This document shows, one piece after another, positions 27,954 to 38,310 of a stretch of DNA of 64,000 nucleotides (position 1 is the stretch's first letter; the number at the start of each line of letters is the position of its first letter). The stretch lies in the IMG/VR virus record IMGVR_UViG_3300020177_000966. One strand, given 5' to 3'. Origin of the DNA: a virus (lineage: Duplodnaviria; Caudoviricetes). Position numbers and translations under genes: made by a program. The notes under the pieces were generated by a model. The model was given only the letters and a program-made list of their open reading frames with translations. It did not search any database and was not told where the DNA came from.

Positions 27954-28764
27954 AGGCTTTATTGGAAGTCACATTGCAAATTATATGTTGCATAAAGGGC
28001 ACGAGGTTGAAGGTTTTGAATATGTTGAAAACGTTGTTCCGGCAGTAGATCAATATGATTGGGTAATTCATACTGGTGCAATTTCAGATACGACAGAAAG
28101 AGATATTGAAAAAGTTTGGGCTCATAATTACGAGTTTACGCTAAGGCTATTGCAAGTTTGTGATAATTACGGCACAAATATTCAACTAGCAAGTAGTGCA
28201 AGTGTGTATGGTCCATATACCGATTTTAATGAAGATGCGCCAAAATATCCGCAAACACCTTATGCTTGGAGCAAATACTTAGTTGATAAATTTCTAGTTG
28301 ATCATGGAATTTATCAACCAGACTCATTTCAAATGAATGTACAGAGCTTCCGTTATTTTAACGTATACGGTCCTGGAGAAGGTCATAAAGGTGATCAAAT
28401 GAGTCTTGTAAGCAAGTTTCAGCGTCAAGCAGAACAAGACGGTGTTATTAAACTTTTTAAAAACAGTGATCAGTATAAACGTGATTGTGTCTGTGTATAT
28501 GATATAGTGCGTATACACGAACAAATGATGGAACAAGATGTTAGCGGTATCTATAATGTTGGAACTGGTAACGCAATTAGTGTAGAAAAAGTTGCTCAAT
28601 TAGTTGCTGAAAAACATAATGCAACTATTGAATATATTGATATGCCTGATAAACTTAAAGGACAATATCAAGAATATACATGTGCAGATAATGCAAGATT
28701 ACATAATACAATTCCAATTAGACATTGGATTACTGTGGAGGAATATTTAAATGGAGCCAACTAG
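27928..28764 (+). CDS. hldD: ADP-L-glycero-D-manno-heptose 6-epimerase-like NAD-dependent epimerase
   Basis: GHKGFIG, ASSASVYG, YAWSK, FRYFNVYGPGEGHKG.QMS, RDCVCV; adjacent to hldE. Confidence 0.85.
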   Translation: MKILVTGHKGFIGSHIANYMLHKGHEVEGFEYVENVVPAVDQYDWVIHTGAISDTTERDIEKVWAHNYEFTLRLLQVCDNYGTNIQLASSASVYGPYTDFNEDAPKYPQTPYAWSKYLVDKFLVDHGIYQPDSFQMNVQSFRYFNVYGPGEGHKGDQMSLVSKFQRQAEQDGVIKLFKNSDQYKRDCVCVYDIVRIHEQMMEQDVSGIYNVGTGNAISVEKVAQLVAEKHNATIEYIDMPDKLKGQYQEYTCADNARLHNTIPIRHWITVEEYLNGAN

Positions 28765-29170
28765 ACTTGAAGGCAAAGTAGATAAAGGTTGGGGATATGA
28801 ACTAATCTGGGCAACTAATGACAAGTACTGTGGTAAGATTATGGTGTTTGATCGCGTTGGGGCAAAATTTAGTATGCATTTTCATAAAGAAAAAGACGAA
28901 ACATGGTTTGTAAACAACGGAAGATTTTTGTTAAAATGGATCGATACTGAAACTGCTGAATTTAAATCGCAAGAACTTACTGAAGGAATGACTTGGCATA
29001 ATCCTCCTCTTCAACCTCATCAAGTAGTATGTATGGAAGCAGGTAGTAGTATTACAGAGGTAAGTACTCCTGACAGTGTAGAAGATAATTATAGAATTAT
29101 GCCAGGAGATAGTCAAAAAAAATCTCAGGCAATACCTGAGATTCTTTCCGATGAAAGTACGGGCTGTTAA
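28751..29170 (+). CDS. Cupin-fold protein (sugar-phosphate isomerase-like)
   Basis: KGWGYE, FSMHFHKEKDETW, PHQV, EVSTPDSVEDNYR. Confidence 0.7.
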   Translation: MEPTRLEGKVDKGWGYELIWATNDKYCGKIMVFDRVGAKFSMHFHKEKDETWFVNNGRFLLKWIDTETAEFKSQELTEGMTWHNPPLQPHQVVCMEAGSSITEVSTPDSVEDNYRIMPGDSQKKSQAIPEILSDESTGC

Positions 29171-32100
29171 GCCTGTGCTTCACCCCATTTAATAATAATA
29201 TTAGCATTTACAGGTTCACCTGACGTTTTATAAACGTTTAGTGCCAATACGTCTGGTCCGTTCGGGAACGTACCTCTACCACCTAATGTAGTATTTGTAA
29301 GTTCTTTCAACTGTCCTAAATCTAGTGTAGCTCTTTCTCCAGGTTGCGCAATGAACGAGAATACTGTTTCTCCTGGTTGTGCATACGGAGGCTGTTGGAA
29401 TGTAAAGTTAAACAAATCTCCTGGACTAACTGTACCATTAAACGAGTTATTAAAGTTAACTTTAAAGTATTCAATACCTCCTGATCCTGTAACACCAAAA
29501 GTTAACGGACCTTGAATACTGTTAACCGCTGTACCTGAAGGCATAGTAATATCAGGTTGGTTAGTTGGATCTCCTGCCGCGTCGCCTAATGCTGTGCCTG
29601 CTCTTGCACCTGATGCGTCCCAAACAGCTTTAGTAAAGAATGCATAAGAAGCGTTATCTAGATCGCCACCTTTTTCAAATGTTTGTATAGCACCGTTGCC
29701 ACTGTTATTATTTGAGTTACGTGTAAAGTAAACTAAATATCTTCCGTAAATAGTCTGGTCTACAATTTGTTGAATTGTAGTTCCTGCTGGGAAGTATTCG
29801 TTGCCGCCGCCATCTGCATTTACAAGATCACCTGTAGATAAGTTAGCTTGTTCCCAAGATACTTGGTCAAAGTATGCATAGTTTCTATTTGTTCTAAAAG
29901 CCCACCATGGCATTAACTGCGCTGACGTTGTAACTTTTGGCATAACTGCCGCTGTAGTATATGTAGCAGTATCACCACTGTTCCAGTTAACACTACCGCC
30001 CGAAGCAACCTGAGCAAAACTTGGCTGTCCACCTTGTGCTAGTCCTGACAATCCTGTCCAACCAATATCGTTTGGATTGAGTGGGTAGTTTTGTGGATTA
30101 AGAATACCTTCAATAACAATACCACCGTAAATTGGTGCGTTAGAGTTGGTTGGATCAAGTCCGTCTGAGGTAATTTCTAGACCTTGCATAAGTAACTGCG
30201 CTCTGTTTAGTAGTTCTCTATCTCCTAAATCTCCAACAATAGCATTTGAAACACTAGGTGCTAGACGTAGCAAGAACGCTGTTTGTCTTGTTGTTGTCAC
30301 TGCCAGTCCTGTTTCTGTGTATGAGAAGATATAACCACGATCTTCGTCGAATCCGCCATCTGTAATAAACGCAGAACCCCAGTGACTAATAAGCGGAGTA
30401 ATTGTATTACTAATTAATACAACTCCTGTTCTAATCTCATGATTACTTGCTGGACCAGCTTGATATTGTCTATTGGCTCCAGCTTGGAAATTACTTAAGA
30501 ATGTCCCACGTGTACAGTTTAGAAGTCGTTTAGCAGTATGATCAATTGATGAATATGTAATAATTTCGTTATCAATATACACTGTACCGTTGTTTGGGAA
30601 GAACTTCGATTCTACTAACGGAATATAATCTTGAGTAGTATCCATGCTTTCCGCTAGTGCAGTAGTTGCACCTTCGTTAGTAACTTCATAACGCACAGGC
30701 AAGTTACCTGAACGCATAAATGCTTCTGTGTTTACGTTTGAGTTACGCATTCTGTGACAGAATACAAAGTTACCATCAGCACCACGTAGCATCCAGTCAA
30801 TAAAACCAGCACCATACCAACTGTATTGAATACCAATCATCTGCATGTATCTAACATCCATATTGTATCCACTTGGCCCTGTGCCGTCTAGTCTGTCTAA
30901 GTTCCATTCTTCTTGTAGAACTTTTTTATCTGTAATTAAGTTAATTTTGGCTGCACCTATTGAGCTAACACCTCTATAGTCTGGTGTTACAGTAATTTGT
31001 GAGTTTGAGTCAACGTTAGCAACAACGTGTGTCATACCTTTTAATACAATTCTATCACCAGCTTTTAACTGATCTCTAAATCTTGTATTAGTACCGTAAA
31101 GAACGTTATTATCCGGTGTAGCACTTACTGTTCCAGCTAATTGTTTTGTACTTGTTCTTTGGGCTACACTTACATTTTTACCGTCAAATTCCCAGTAAAT
31201 TCCGTTTTGATCGTCAAAGATGCCGGATCGTACTGTTGCACCATGCCAACTAACTACACTCATCTGTGCGGCAAATCCAAGTGTGGCTGTTGTACTTCCT
31301 AGTCTTCTTAAATTCTGACAGCGTAGTGTGCGCTCATCTACAATTTGTGTCACTATATATTCGCCGTTATACCCAGCTGTTTCAACTCCAATAAGTCTAA
31401 TTTTACCACCAACTTGTGCGCCGTGATCATTGTCGTCAGTAACGATAGTAATAGTATTTCCTAGTTCTGTGCCTGTTGATGTTACAGTACGTACATCATA
31501 ACTTGGAGCAAACAATGCACCAGTTGTGTACATAATACCTTTACCTGACTGATATCTAATATATTTTTTACTCTGACGAATTGCTTGCGCACCGTGTTGT
31601 GGACCACCTGTGCCTAACTGCACGCCGCCGTCATATGGTCTGTGAATAAAGAAACTGTCTGGACGCATATAAATGTTACCTTGAATCTTATCAACAGTAC
31701 TATCGCCGGCTGTGGCTTCTAAAATATTTCCTGGGGCTCTAGCATTGTATCTAAGTTTCTTAGTGGTCGGAATATTAATTGCAATAAACGAACCTGATGC
31801 TAACGAGTGATTATTAGTTCCTCCATCATCAGATGCAACGTCAACAATAAATGTATCACCTGGAACAATACCGTGTGCATACGGCCATGTAATTTCAATA
31901 GTTGCAAGTGCTTCAAAGTCGACTGCAGATCCTGAAGTAATTGTTTGAGTACTAAAGTCAGTAAGTGTAACACCGTTAACTAAATTTAAACTGCCGCCAC
32001 CAGCGCCTGTTCCTTCAATAGTAACAGTGTTTAATCCGCCACTGCCGTCAACGTTTGTTACTAATACAGTAGCATCATTTGTAGGTGAAATACCTCCAAG

Positions 32101-35100
32101 TGCTGTTCCTTCAATAGTAATTTTGTTACCAATTTGATAAGCTGATCCCGATGCATTAATTGCAATCGTATATGTTCCTGCTGTTCTAGTAATATTTAAT
32201 GTGCCGCCTGCACCAGCATGTGCTTGATTAGTACCTGCAACACCGCTAAATGATGTTGGTAGTGCAGGAGCACTGCCTGCAATAGTTACGCCTGTAATAG
32301 ATCCATCAGTTCCACTTACAGTAGCAACAGTTATAGTAGCATCGTTAGCTGGAGTTGTTCCACCTAATTCTGTTCCGGCTACTGTAAATGTTTGATCTAA
32401 ATGATAGTCTATACCAGCTGTATCAATAGTTGCGCTATAATTTATACCGTCATTTGTAATGTCGAATACTGCGCCTGATCCTGTTACATTTGATAATGTT
32501 TTAGATGTAAATGTGCCGCCATTAAATGCTGTCGGGATTGAAGATTCATCAGCACCTTCTAATCTTACATCAAGAATTCCGCCAACACCATCTACTGCAA
32601 CAACTCTTAAATACAAATCATTAGCAGGAGTTGCGCCGCCTAAATCGGACCCTAAACATACTAATGTATCAGCTGTATTATATCCTGTTCCTGCTTGTGA
32701 AAACTGTATACCATATGATGTACCATCAACGTTAATAGTAAATTCAACATTAGAACCTGATCCCCCAGTAAACGATAAACCAACTCCACCGAACTGATAA
32801 CTTCTAATTTGACTAGGAGGCGTACCTTGACTCCAAGCTACGTTATCTGCTTCTACAGTAGTAATAGAGCCACCGCCGCCAACAGATGTAATTTTACCTA
32901 CAAAGTCGTTGCCGCCTGATGCTTGATTACCGTCTTGTCCAGATCCGCCTAAGAGCTGACTACCTACAATACGGATCCTATCATTAATAGCAAATCCTGA
33001 TGTATCGTTTGGTGAATTAATATCTACTGTTGTAAAGCCGCCTGATTCGTATGAAATATCAAAATTTGTTGTACCAAAATCGCCGGCAGCATTGTTATAT
33101 GTAGATGTTACTGCTAAGTAAGAAATGCTTCCGCTTAGTGCTGTTCCGCTAATACTTGCACCAGTAATACCACCCGTACCGTTAACAGTAGTAATTACAA
33201 TAGTAGCATCATTTGCTGGTGTTTGTCCACCTAAGTTGTCACCTGTAACTAATACAACGTCACCTGCAACATATCCGCTACCTGCTTGTGCAATACTAGC
33301 TATGCTATAGTCAACTCCGGTTCTAGTAATATTAAACTGTCCGTTGTTACCTACTGGAGAAGCAATTGATCCTGAAACACCTGTGTATGTTTCTGTGTTT
33401 CTAGTAATTGCTGTGGTAAAACTTCCACTCATACTAATTGTATTACCTACAATATTGTTAACAAAGATAGCATCATTACTTCCGTTATTTGCCGCTAGTC
33501 CTGGAACAATTCCCACAGTAGTAGCAACTTGAATATCTGTATTACCTGGGGCAACATCAGCCGTTAATTGTAAAGGTAGTGCTAACCCGTTAGGTGTACT
33601 TGAAATAGCTGTAACCTGTGTACCTACAGGAAATGCCGGGTCATTAATTGGAGCGCCAACTTCTGGTACGTCGCCTGTAAATGCAAGTCTATTTTCGCCT
33701 GGTTGAGCAGTTAAACTTAGTGACATAGTACCTGCTGTACCATTACTAAACACATCAAATGCAGGCTGTCCAATACTAGCACCAGTATAAAACGCACCTT
33801 GTCTTAATTGAGTATATGTTGTAGAAAGAATTTCACCGTCAGTTGTACCAACTTTTGCTTTTGCATAAAAAGTAAATGTGGTATTTGTTGGAACTTCAAT
33901 AATAATAAACGAGCCTTCAGCTCTTGCCGCGCCAGCAACACCGTCTTCTAGTGCTTTAATTGTAATTGGTGTGCCAGGTATAAAACCGTGTGCACCAATT
34001 GTTGTAACTGTAATTTTACTTGATCCAATTCCTTCTGTTCCTGCAGAAGCGTCTGTTTGTACCTTTTGTACTTGTGTATCTGTGCCTGGAAGTTCATATA
34101 CACTTGGATACCCTCTCATCATGCCAATAGCTGACCACTTTGTAGGCTGTAAGCCGTATTCAAAGTCAGCGTCAAGCATTGATAACGGAGGAGCAATACG
34201 CATACGTTCAATGGCATCTGTACCAAAGTCATATGGTCTTGTTCGTTGTTCTGGACTATCAATAAAGATTTGAAGTTCGTCACTTTCGCTCATAGACGAT
34301 GTATTAAACGTAAGATCTAAAATAGTTACCGAGTCGGTAGTCTGTAAATACTTTGGAAAATCGCCGTCTGCATTATAATTTGCATCAGTTGAATCAAACT
34401 TTTCAGTATATCCGCTACTATCTCTAGGAGTAACATCATTTTTACGTGTAACTATGCCGCCTTTGGTTACATCTGTAAAGTTATAAATGACTTCTGTTTT
34501 CGTTGTGTTCGTTACAATTAACAAATCACTTGAATCATAATTGCCTTGGAATCTAATATGTCCTAAACCTTTACGTTGGAATGTTGGTAATGCACTTAAT
34601 CCTGATGTTAATACATTAACAACAAGTCCAATTAATGTTTGAATAACTGTGCCAGCTGCCGGTTCGGCAGTCTTTGATAAATCAATTACTTGTGCAACAT
34701 TGCCTTGATACGGTGTTGATTGTGGAGAATTACTAAACACATGATTGATAATTAAATCACGTGTAAATTCTTTTGCTTTAACTTCTGCTACTCTATCTCC
34801 GTCAACCTGTGCAACTTCTTTTTCAAAATATGTATTTGCAATTCTATATGTTTCAGAATTTCCAGTATATCTTAAATCAAATGCGTAAGCATCAACGTTA
34901 AATCCTGTGTCTCTTTCACATTTTTCTTTATTATATGTGTAACCAACAAATCCTGTAGCACCCTGTCCTACTTGTGCTTGGATCCATGCCGCAACTTCGG
35001 CCTTAATAAATTCTTTATTCTGTGTTAAAAGTGACCATGCATTTGGATAGGTGTTGTCGTCTAGACCCAATCCTGGATAAAACTTGTAATTATAAATCTT

Positions 35101-35112
35101 TTTCTTTGCCAT
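29167..35112 (-). CDS. Very large virion structural protein (1981 aa) with internal beta-rich repeats
   Basis: Gly/Thr/Ser-rich; about five G.GY..GD......LGG.TPAND repeats; located among baseplate/fibre genes. Confidence 0.7.
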   Translation of the reverse strand: MAKKKIYNYKFYPGLGLDDNTYPNAWSLLTQNKEFIKAEVAAWIQAQVGQGATGFVGYTYNKEKCERDTGFNVDAYAFDLRYTGNSETYRIANTYFEKEVAQVDGDRVAEVKAKEFTRDLIINHVFSNSPQSTPYQGNVAQVIDLSKTAEPAAGTVIQTLIGLVVNVLTSGLSALPTFQRKGLGHIRFQGNYDSSDLLIVTNTTKTEVIYNFTDVTKGGIVTRKNDVTPRDSSGYTEKFDSTDANYNADGDFPKYLQTTDSVTILDLTFNTSSMSESDELQIFIDSPEQRTRPYDFGTDAIERMRIAPPLSMLDADFEYGLQPTKWSAIGMMRGYPSVYELPGTDTQVQKVQTDASAGTEGIGSSKITVTTIGAHGFIPGTPITIKALEDGVAGAARAEGSFIIIEVPTNTTFTFYAKAKVGTTDGEILSTTYTQLRQGAFYTGASIGQPAFDVFSNGTAGTMSLSLTAQPGENRLAFTGDVPEVGAPINDPAFPVGTQVTAISSTPNGLALPLQLTADVAPGNTDIQVATTVGIVPGLAANNGSNDAIFVNNIVGNTISMSGSFTTAITRNTETYTGVSGSIASPVGNNGQFNITRTGVDYSIASIAQAGSGYVAGDVVLVTGDNLGGQTPANDATIVITTVNGTGGITGASISGTALSGSISYLAVTSTYNNAAGDFGTTNFDISYESGGFTTVDINSPNDTSGFAINDRIRIVGSQLLGGSGQDGNQASGGNDFVGKITSVGGGGSITTVEADNVAWSQGTPPSQIRSYQFGGVGLSFTGGSGSNVEFTINVDGTSYGIQFSQAGTGYNTADTLVCLGSDLGGATPANDLYLRVVAVDGVGGILDVRLEGADESSIPTAFNGGTFTSKTLSNVTGSGAVFDITNDGINYSATIDTAGIDYHLDQTFTVAGTELGGTTPANDATITVATVSGTDGSITGVTIAGSAPALPTSFSGVAGTNQAHAGAGGTLNITRTAGTYTIAINASGSAYQIGNKITIEGTALGGISPTNDATVLVTNVDGSGGLNTVTIEGTGAGGGSLNLVNGVTLTDFSTQTITSGSAVDFEALATIEITWPYAHGIVPGDTFIVDVASDDGGTNNHSLASGSFIAINIPTTKKLRYNARAPGNILEATAGDSTVDKIQGNIYMRPDSFFIHRPYDGGVQLGTGGPQHGAQAIRQSKKYIRYQSGKGIMYTTGALFAPSYDVRTVTSTGTELGNTITIVTDDNDHGAQVGGKIRLIGVETAGYNGEYIVTQIVDERTLRCQNLRRLGSTTATLGFAAQMSVVSWHGATVRSGIFDDQNGIYWEFDGKNVSVAQRTSTKQLAGTVSATPDNNVLYGTNTRFRDQLKAGDRIVLKGMTHVVANVDSNSQITVTPDYRGVSSIGAAKINLITDKKVLQEEWNLDRLDGTGPSGYNMDVRYMQMIGIQYSWYGAGFIDWMLRGADGNFVFCHRMRNSNVNTEAFMRSGNLPVRYEVTNEGATTALAESMDTTQDYIPLVESKFFPNNGTVYIDNEIITYSSIDHTAKRLLNCTRGTFLSNFQAGANRQYQAGPASNHEIRTGVVLISNTITPLISHWGSAFITDGGFDEDRGYIFSYTETGLAVTTTRQTAFLLRLAPSVSNAIVGDLGDRELLNRAQLLMQGLEITSDGLDPTNSNAPIYGGIVIEGILNPQNYPLNPNDIGWTGLSGLAQGGQPSFAQVASGGSVNWNSGDTATYTTAAVMPKVTTSAQLMPWWAFRTNRNYAYFDQVSWEQANLSTGDLVNADGGGNEYFPAGTTIQQIVDQTIYGRYLVYFTRNSNNNSGNGAIQTFEKGGDLDNASYAFFTKAVWDASGARAGTALGDAAGDPTNQPDITMPSGTAVNSIQGPLTFGVTGSGGIEYFKVNFNNSFNGTVSPGDLFNFTFQQPPYAQPGETVFSFIAQPGERATLDLGQLKELTNTTLGGRGTFPNGPDVLALNVYKTSGEPVNANIIIKWGEAQA
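32010..33290 (-). repeat. About five copies of a ~50-aa LGGxTPAND repeat inside the 1981-aa protein (approximate bounds)
   Basis: LGGQTPANDATI, LGGATPANDLYL, LGGTTPANDATI, LGGISPTNDATV, plus one degenerate copy. Confidence 0.75.
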
Positions 35113-35115
35113 TCT

Positions 35116-35676
35116 TTATGCTCCAAATGCTACCGCAAGAGCTGTTGCTGTTGCGTCTACATATCCTTTACTTGTTGCGTGTCCTGATTGTGTAGGTTGT
35201 CTACTTAAAACAACATTATCTACAATATCCAAATCTCCATTTAACTTTGCGCCATTAAAGTTAATATTACTTGCTGAACTATCAGGTGCTGTTGTCATAT
35301 CAATAGTATATGCTTTTACCTGTACAGGTTCAATATAACCAATATCAACATGATCAATTGATCCTGGTAGTAATCCTACGCTGTTAATTTTTACTACACC
35401 GTTAACTACATTAATTGCTTGCTGACCTAAATACGAAACTCTAAGAGTTCCTCCTGTTACGGCTAAGGACTCAAACACATTTGTAATTACAGGGCCGTCG
35501 TCATCTCCACCACCAGGTACTTCTTCTGGCGGCACATATGCCACAAATGGTGTCCCGTTCAACAAAATACTTTGAACGTTAATGACCGGTGCTGTTATTT
35601 TTCCAGTGCTATCGACACTAAAGTTTGGACTTTCAAATCCATTCTGTGCTTGAAATTTATCGTTTATTACTGCCAT
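35116..35676 (-). CDS. Small virion structural / fibre-associated protein
   Basis: C-terminal HATSKGYVD fibre-type motif; in the structural gene string. Confidence 0.55.
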   Translation of the reverse strand: MAVINDKFQAQNGFESPNFSVDSTGKITAPVINVQSILLNGTPFVAYVPPEEVPGGGDDDGPVITNVFESLAVTGGTLRVSYLGQQAINVVNGVVKINSVGLLPGSIDHVDIGYIEPVQVKAYTIDMTTAPDSSASNINFNGAKLNGDLDIVDNVVLSRQPTQSGHATSKGYVDATATALAVAFGA

Positions 35677-35684
35677 AACTTACC

Positions 35685-37172
35685 TTAAATTGCGCTCAAT
35701 TGCTTAATTGTAATTGTTCCTCTCATAGCTGAATGTACTGTACATTGGTATGCATAGTTTCCGCTAATATTAGCCGGAATCTTCCAATATAATGTTCCGC
35801 TTGTTTTTCCTTGTGCATCTGATCCTATTGATTCTGTACCATCAGTTGCAACATGTACTAATCCTGTGTCATATGCACTGCCGCCACTTGTTTCAATTTG
35901 GAATGGATGACTTGCTAATGAAGAATTATTTAGATCAAATGCAATAGTACATCCTGACAATGCGTAAATAACTGGATCTTCTGTTGCTCCATATTGATCA
36001 AATTTATATCCGTTACTACTATCTGCTGTAACTGTTAAAGTTGTAATAGCACCGTATGCCATTCTATCAATTGTTTGGGGAACATCAATCCAATTTGTTC
36101 CGTTGTATGCCATAACCGAACCGTTAGCCGGTGTTGTAATTACAACATCAGTTAAGCTATCTAGACTATTAGTTCCGGAATAATCAATTGTAACTGTATC
36201 TCCAGATACAGTTGTTGTAATATTTGTTCCGCCTGCAATAGTAAGTGTATCTGTAGTGTTATCTGCTTCAGCAAGACCTGTGTCAGCTTGTACATTACTA
36301 AATGCATTTTGGTTTGCTTCACCTGAATTTGGCGAGCCAACATAATTAATTGTTAAAGTATCTCCTACAATTGCAGTTGCAATATTTGTTCCGCCTGCAA
36401 TAGTAAGTGTATCTGTAGCACTATTTGCTGTAGTATTTCCAACATCGGACGCAACAGTTTCAAATAAATTTTGTACACTACCTGAACTAACTGTTGTAAA
36501 TGTAAATCCGCCTGCACCATCAGTAGTTAATACTTGTTCGGCACTACCGTCTTCGATACCTAAATCAGTTAGTGCTGAAGGAATAGTAGGTTTATTGTTT
36601 AAGTTATTATAATTTGTAAAGTATGCACTGTCAAACCCGTCCAATGTATCAGCATCTAGACCAGCGCCACCTGATGAAACGTCAGTACCTGGTGCCCATT
36701 TGCCGCCATCCCATTTCAAAACATTTCCAGTTTGTGGTGGTTGCGAGACTGTGTCTACATCAGTTAAGCTATTAATGTTACCAATGTATGCAACTGAAGC
36801 TAAAGGACTAGTGTAATTTGTAATTGCTCCGCCACTTGTATCCATTAATAATTTATGCCAAGCTCCTGCGTGTGCAACATGTACAGTACCAGTTTGGTGA
36901 TTGTGCATCAATGCACCGTGATAAGTTGAAGGACTAACTTGGTTTAGTTGGTTAGTTGTAGCAACATGAAATGCAATTTTATTAATTTTTGTGTCGTCGT
37001 TAGGAACATCAAGCTCTAAGTTTGAGTTTACAATATCTTTTAAGTTTGTGCCGTCGCCTAGTGCGCCGTACACTTCGTCAATGTTTGCATTAACTTTAGT
37101 TGCGCCAGATCTTAAACTGTCGCCAGTACCGTCGTTTGCCGCTGTACCTATATTAATTGTTGATTTTGCCAT
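35685..37172 (-). CDS. Baseplate wedge/fibre protein (gp9/gp10-like N-terminus) with C-terminal cupredoxin-like domain
   Basis: N-terminal INIGTAANDGTGDSLRSGATKVNAN; C-terminal HPF...YQCTVHSAMRGTI. Confidence 0.7.
   Translation of the reverse strand: MAKSTINIGTAANDGTGDSLRSGATKVNANIDEVYGALGDGTNLKDIVNSNLELDVPNDDTKINKIAFHVATTNQLNQVSPSTYHGALMHNHQTGTVHVAHAGAWHKLLMDTSGGAITNYTSPLASVAYIGNINSLTDVDTVSQPPQTGNVLKWDGGKWAPGTDVSSGGAGLDADTLDGFDSAYFTNYNNLNNKPTIPSALTDLGIEDGSAEQVLTTDGAGGFTFTTVSSGSVQNLFETVASDVGNTTANSATDTLTIAGGTNIATAIVGDTLTINYVGSPNSGEANQNAFSNVQADTGLAEADNTTDTLTIAGGTNITTTVSGDTVTIDYSGTNSLDSLTDVVITTPANGSVMAYNGTNWIDVPQTIDRMAYGAITTLTVTADSSNGYKFDQYGATEDPVIYALSGCTIAFDLNNSSLASHPFQIETSGGSAYDTGLVHVATDGTESIGSDAQGKTSGTLYWKIPANISGNYAYQCTVHSAMRGTITIKQLSAI
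36219..36418. repeat. 38-bp perfect direct repeat (36219-36256 and 36381-36418)
   Basis: AATATTTGTTCCGCCTGCAATAGTAAGTGTATCTGTAG twice, 162 bp apart, encoding TDTLTIAGGTNI. Confidence 0.9.
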
Positions 37173-37175
37173 TCC

Positions 37176-37688
37176 TTACACCTTATCAAATGTTATATTT
37201 GTATTATCAAAATACGTTGTTGTTGCATCAAAAGTATTTATTCCAGATGCTTCCTCTGAGGATACATCTGCGACAATAGCAGGAGGAGTAAGTTGATGTA
37301 TTGTCCTTGCATAAGTTGCATGGTAAATTAATTTCGCTCCTGTCCATGTTCTTGATGTTGGAGACACCATGACTTTACAAATACTTTCGTCTACAGTTAC
37401 ATTTATACTTACTAATTCTTGGTTAATGCTAGAACGCCCAAAGATAGATGCAACTGCTCTATCGGGTCTAGCAACAACAGAAAGTTGCATAATTTCTTTT
37501 TCATTTGAATCAAATTCTACAGTGATTTGGTAAATGGCGCTACTAAAGTCGCCAACGTGCCATTTGTCCATTACACTGTTGTTATGAACTCCAATCCAAT
37601 TTCCTTTGTAACTAAAACTACTCTGCTGGGGTAGTAAAATAGTGTTGTTTAGCCCTTTTGAGAATAGACCGTTTAATGTTTTATTCAT
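37176..37688 (-). CDS. Hypothetical virion-associated protein
   Basis: 170-aa ORF with TAAATA at 37707-37712 and a GGAG SD. Confidence 0.6.
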   Translation of the reverse strand: MNKTLNGLFSKGLNNTILLPQQSSFSYKGNWIGVHNNSVMDKWHVGDFSSAIYQITVEFDSNEKEIMQLSVVARPDRAVASIFGRSSINQELVSINVTVDESICKVMVSPTSRTWTGAKLIYHATYARTIHQLTPPAIVADVSSEEASGINTFDATTTYFDNTNITFDKV

Positions 37689-37743
37689 TTCACATGCTCC
37701 ATATTGTATTTATCGTTTTGAAAATATATGTAGCACTATAATT

Positions 37744-38307
37744 TTATCGTAGATCAACTAAGCTATGAGCAAATTGATAAAGATTATCAAACACTTCTGT
37801 TTGTTTTTTAAGGTCTTTATTAGCAAAAGAATCTAATTTTTCAATGGTTTCTTTTCCGTGTCCAGTACGCAACAATACTGGGCGAGCTTTAGCTTTAACT
37901 GCGGCTTTAAGATCTGTAATTTTGTCACCAACGTATACACCGTTTTTCCAATCTACTCCAACTTCGGCAGCGGCACGTTTAAACATTCCTATATTGGGTT
38001 TTGCATAAATGTCATCTTTTAAATTAGTAGTTGAATAATATAATCCATTAATATTTTTACAACCAACTTCGCCTAATAACTGTAACATATAGTTATGCAC
38101 TACATCAACATCAACTGCATCACAAATACCTTTCATAATGCCGGCTTGATTTGTTAAAATAACAACATCATATCCTTTGTCTCGAATCATTTTTATTGCT
38201 TCTAAACTTCCTGGAATAGGTTTAAATTGTTCAGGTTTAGTTACATATGTACCAATATCTTCGTTGATAGTTCCGTCTCGGTCTAATCCAATTACCGGTG
38301 TACTCAT
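37744..38307 (-). CDS. gmhB: D-glycero-D-manno-heptose 1,7-bisphosphate phosphatase (HAD family)
   Basis: GLDRDGTIN, VILTNQAGI, KPNIGMF, YVGDKITDLKAA, LLRTGHG. The Cys-based Zn motif of E. coli GmhB is not evident. Confidence 0.85.
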   Translation of the reverse strand: MSTPVIGLDRDGTINEDIGTYVTKPEQFKPIPGSLEAIKMIRDKGYDVVILTNQAGIMKGICDAVDVDVVHNYMLQLLGEVGCKNINGLYYSTTNLKDDIYAKPNIGMFKRAAAEVGVDWKNGVYVGDKITDLKAAVKAKARPVLLRTGHGKETIEKLDSFANKDLKKQTEVFDNLYQFAHSLVDLR

Positions 38308-38310
38308 TTA

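Noticed and set aside
23699-29170. Host-derived genomic island or chimeric assembly of bacterial LPS/secondary-metabolite genes
   Set aside because: The genes are tightly coupled to phage genes, use the same late-promoter geometry and overlap a virion gene; no integrase, transposase or obvious compositional break was seen.
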